From an uncultured Chloroflexia bacterium (GTDB lineage: Bacteria > Chloroflexota > Anaerolineae > CG2-30-64-16), in contig CAVZDU010000001.1 of the NCBI GenBank assembly GCA_963774265.1, forward strand, positions 704,001 to 768,000: a stretch of 64,000 nt of DNA. Reading direction: 5' to 3'. Every line of letters begins with the position of its first letter. The first letter of the stretch is position 1. Below, in pieces: positions 62,674-64,000 of the stretch. The translations under genes were made by a program, and so were the position numbers. Under the pieces are notes generated by a model. That model searched no databases, was not told the origin of the DNA, and worked only from the letters and a program-made list of their open reading frames with translations.

Positions 62674-63123
62674 ATGTCCAAGGACGGCTTCGAGCCTTGC
62701 ATCGTGGGCTTTCTCTGCAACTGGTGCAGCTATCAGGGGGCCGATATGGCCGGCACAGCGCGGGTGCAGTATCCGACCAACGTGCACGTCATCCGGGTGA
62801 ACTGCTCCGGCCGAGTGGACCCCAGCTTCATCCTCAAAGCGTTCCGCGAGGGCGCCGATGGGGTGCTAGTGGCCGGATGCCACCCCGGCGATTGCCACTA
62901 TACATCCGGCAACTACAAGGCCATGCGCCGCATGCCGCTCCTGGAACGCCTCCTGATCGACTTCGGCATCGAGCCGGCCCGCTTCCGGTTGGAGTGGGTT
63001 TCGGCCGCTGAAGGCGCTCGGTGGGCGCGAGTCGTGAGTGAGATGACGGATCAGGTGCGGCAGCTCGGCCCGCTGGGCTGGACGGTGGACGGATTGTCAA
63101 GCAAACAAGGAGAAAGACCGTGA
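62674..63123 (+). CDS. mvhD: MvhD/FlpD [2Fe-2S] subunit
   Basis: 'FLCNWCSY.GAD.AG', 'CSGRVDP', 'GCHPGDCHY..GN', 'WVSAAEG'. Confidence 0.93.
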   Translation: MSKDGFEPCIVGFLCNWCSYQGADMAGTARVQYPTNVHVIRVNCSGRVDPSFILKAFREGADGVLVAGCHPGDCHYTSGNYKAMRRMPLLERLLIDFGIEPARFRLEWVSAAEGARWARVVSEMTDQVRQLGPLGWTVDGLSSKQGERP

Positions 63124-63317
63124 ACAGGCCTGCTCATCTCCTGTGCCGCGTGCACATCGATTCCCCCGGCCGCGTTCCGACGCCAGCACCGACGACGGCG
63201 AAAATGATCAACACCAGGTGAAATCACCGTCCATGATTTCGGGAAACTGGGAGACGATTCCTTTGATGAAATCAGTACCTATACATTCGACACCATTTCA
63301 GAGTAGGAGGGATTAAG

Positions 63318-63545
63318 ATGCGTGCCTATGTCCTGGTCCACGTGCGTTCGGGTGAGGAGCGCGAGGTTGTGACGCTGTTGAAGGGCGTGCCGGGCATCCT
63401 GCGCGCCGATTTCACGTTCGGCCCGTACGATGTGATCTCGGAGATCGAGGTGGCGGATCTAAAGTCAGTCGGCAACCTGGTCTCTGGGACGATCCGCGCC
63501 GCGCCGGGCGTCGTCGACACGTTGACCTGCCTGGCCGTGGAGTAG
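63318..63545 (+). CDS. Stand-alone Lrp/AsnC ligand-binding (RAM) domain protein
   Basis: 'AYVLV', 'GPYDVI', 'IRAAPGVVDTLT'; strong RBS. Confidence 0.85.
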   Translation: MRAYVLVHVRSGEEREVVTLLKGVPGILRADFTFGPYDVISEIEVADLKSVGNLVSGTIRAAPGVVDTLTCLAVE

Positions 63546-63597
63546 CCGACCGGGTCTGGAGACAAGACCGTCGATAGCAGTGAGCCATGCGCAGACC

Positions 63598-63632
63598 CTA
63601 TACCCTAAGGGCCTCAGGCCCTTAGGGTATAG
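63598..63632. repeat. Perfect 35-bp palindrome upstream of the second hdr promoter
   Basis: CTATACCCTAAGGGCCT-C-AGGCCCTTAGGGTATAG. Confidence 0.8.
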
Positions 63633-63764
63633 CTGTTCGGGGAGTAGGGAGTATTGACAATCGCTATCTTTTGCGTAATGATTTATGATATAGTAGCTGT
63701 TTATATTCCTTACAATACGATCACCCACTGTGGGGATGCCTGACCTGCACGAAGGAGTTGCGCC

Positions 63765-64000
63765 ATGGCAGAAACCCCGACGCCTGCGCCTGAATCGTTC
63801 ACTTTCCTGGACGAAGTTGAAGCCCTGACACCGGGTGGGTCACGGCTACTGATGTGCATCCAGTGCGGCACGTGCGGCGGCTCGTGTCCCTCCGGCGCCG
63901 ACATGCAGCATACGCCCCGTCACATCTTCGCCATGATCCGCGCCGATATGCGCGAGGAGGTCCTCAGCAGCAACACCCCCTGGTACTGCGTGTCGTGCTA
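63765..64000 (+). CDS. hdrC: Second HdrC-like subunit, truncated by window edge
   Basis: RBS AAGGAG; 'CIQCGTCGGSCP', 'PWYCVSC'. Confidence 0.85.
   Translation, partial: MAETPTPAPESFTFLDEVEALTPGGSRLLMCIQCGTCGGSCPSGADMQHTPRHIFAMIRADMREEVLSSNTPWYCVSC

Noticed and set aside
57760-63123. Selenocysteine in HdrA or MvhD
   Set aside because: The relevant motifs I could read are Cys-encoded, and the ORF breaks are frameshifts rather than in-frame TGA at Cys positions.

Overview
This GC-rich bacterial chromosomal segment is most consistent with an anaerobic Chloroflexota (Anaerolineae-like) genome. That assignment is inferred from gene content, a Chloroflexi-type C-terminal 'FIPYV' sorting-like motif and the REP-like repeats. 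Many genes, including essential secA, carry single-base frameshifts that look like long-read indel errors rather than pseudogenes. In order, the window holds: (1) a toastrack/LiaF-like gene, a lamin-tail secreted protein, an SIS/ROK amino-sugar pair, nadD, obgE, two hsp20, a capsule-type Wzz/BY-kinase pair, rfbB, prs and secA; (2) an ATPase-wHTH regulator followed by an operon of two PspA/ESCRT-III genes, two membrane-anchored solute-binding proteins (one with vWA) and a coiled-coil membrane protein; (3) a tungsten-AOR locus with radical SAM maturase, ModE-like regulator and a candidate Moco/Wco riboswitch; (4) a UxxC selenoprotein, citrate synthase, CoA-transferase, ald, thrC, an AttEFGH-like ABC/lipocalin module, iorAB, a CDF transporter and a nuclease-fold/PcrA-Tudor fusion; (5) an arginine operon; and (6) a reverse-transcriptase scar and hdrCBA(L)-mvhD plus a second hdrC. 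Top candidates for novelty are an unannotated Arg-rich leader peptide with terminator (ribosome-mediated attenuator) ahead of the arg operon, and the PspA-dyad/SBP/vWA envelope system with its own ATPase-wHTH regulator and 11-bp repeat operator. No rRNA, tRNA or CRISPR array was seen.
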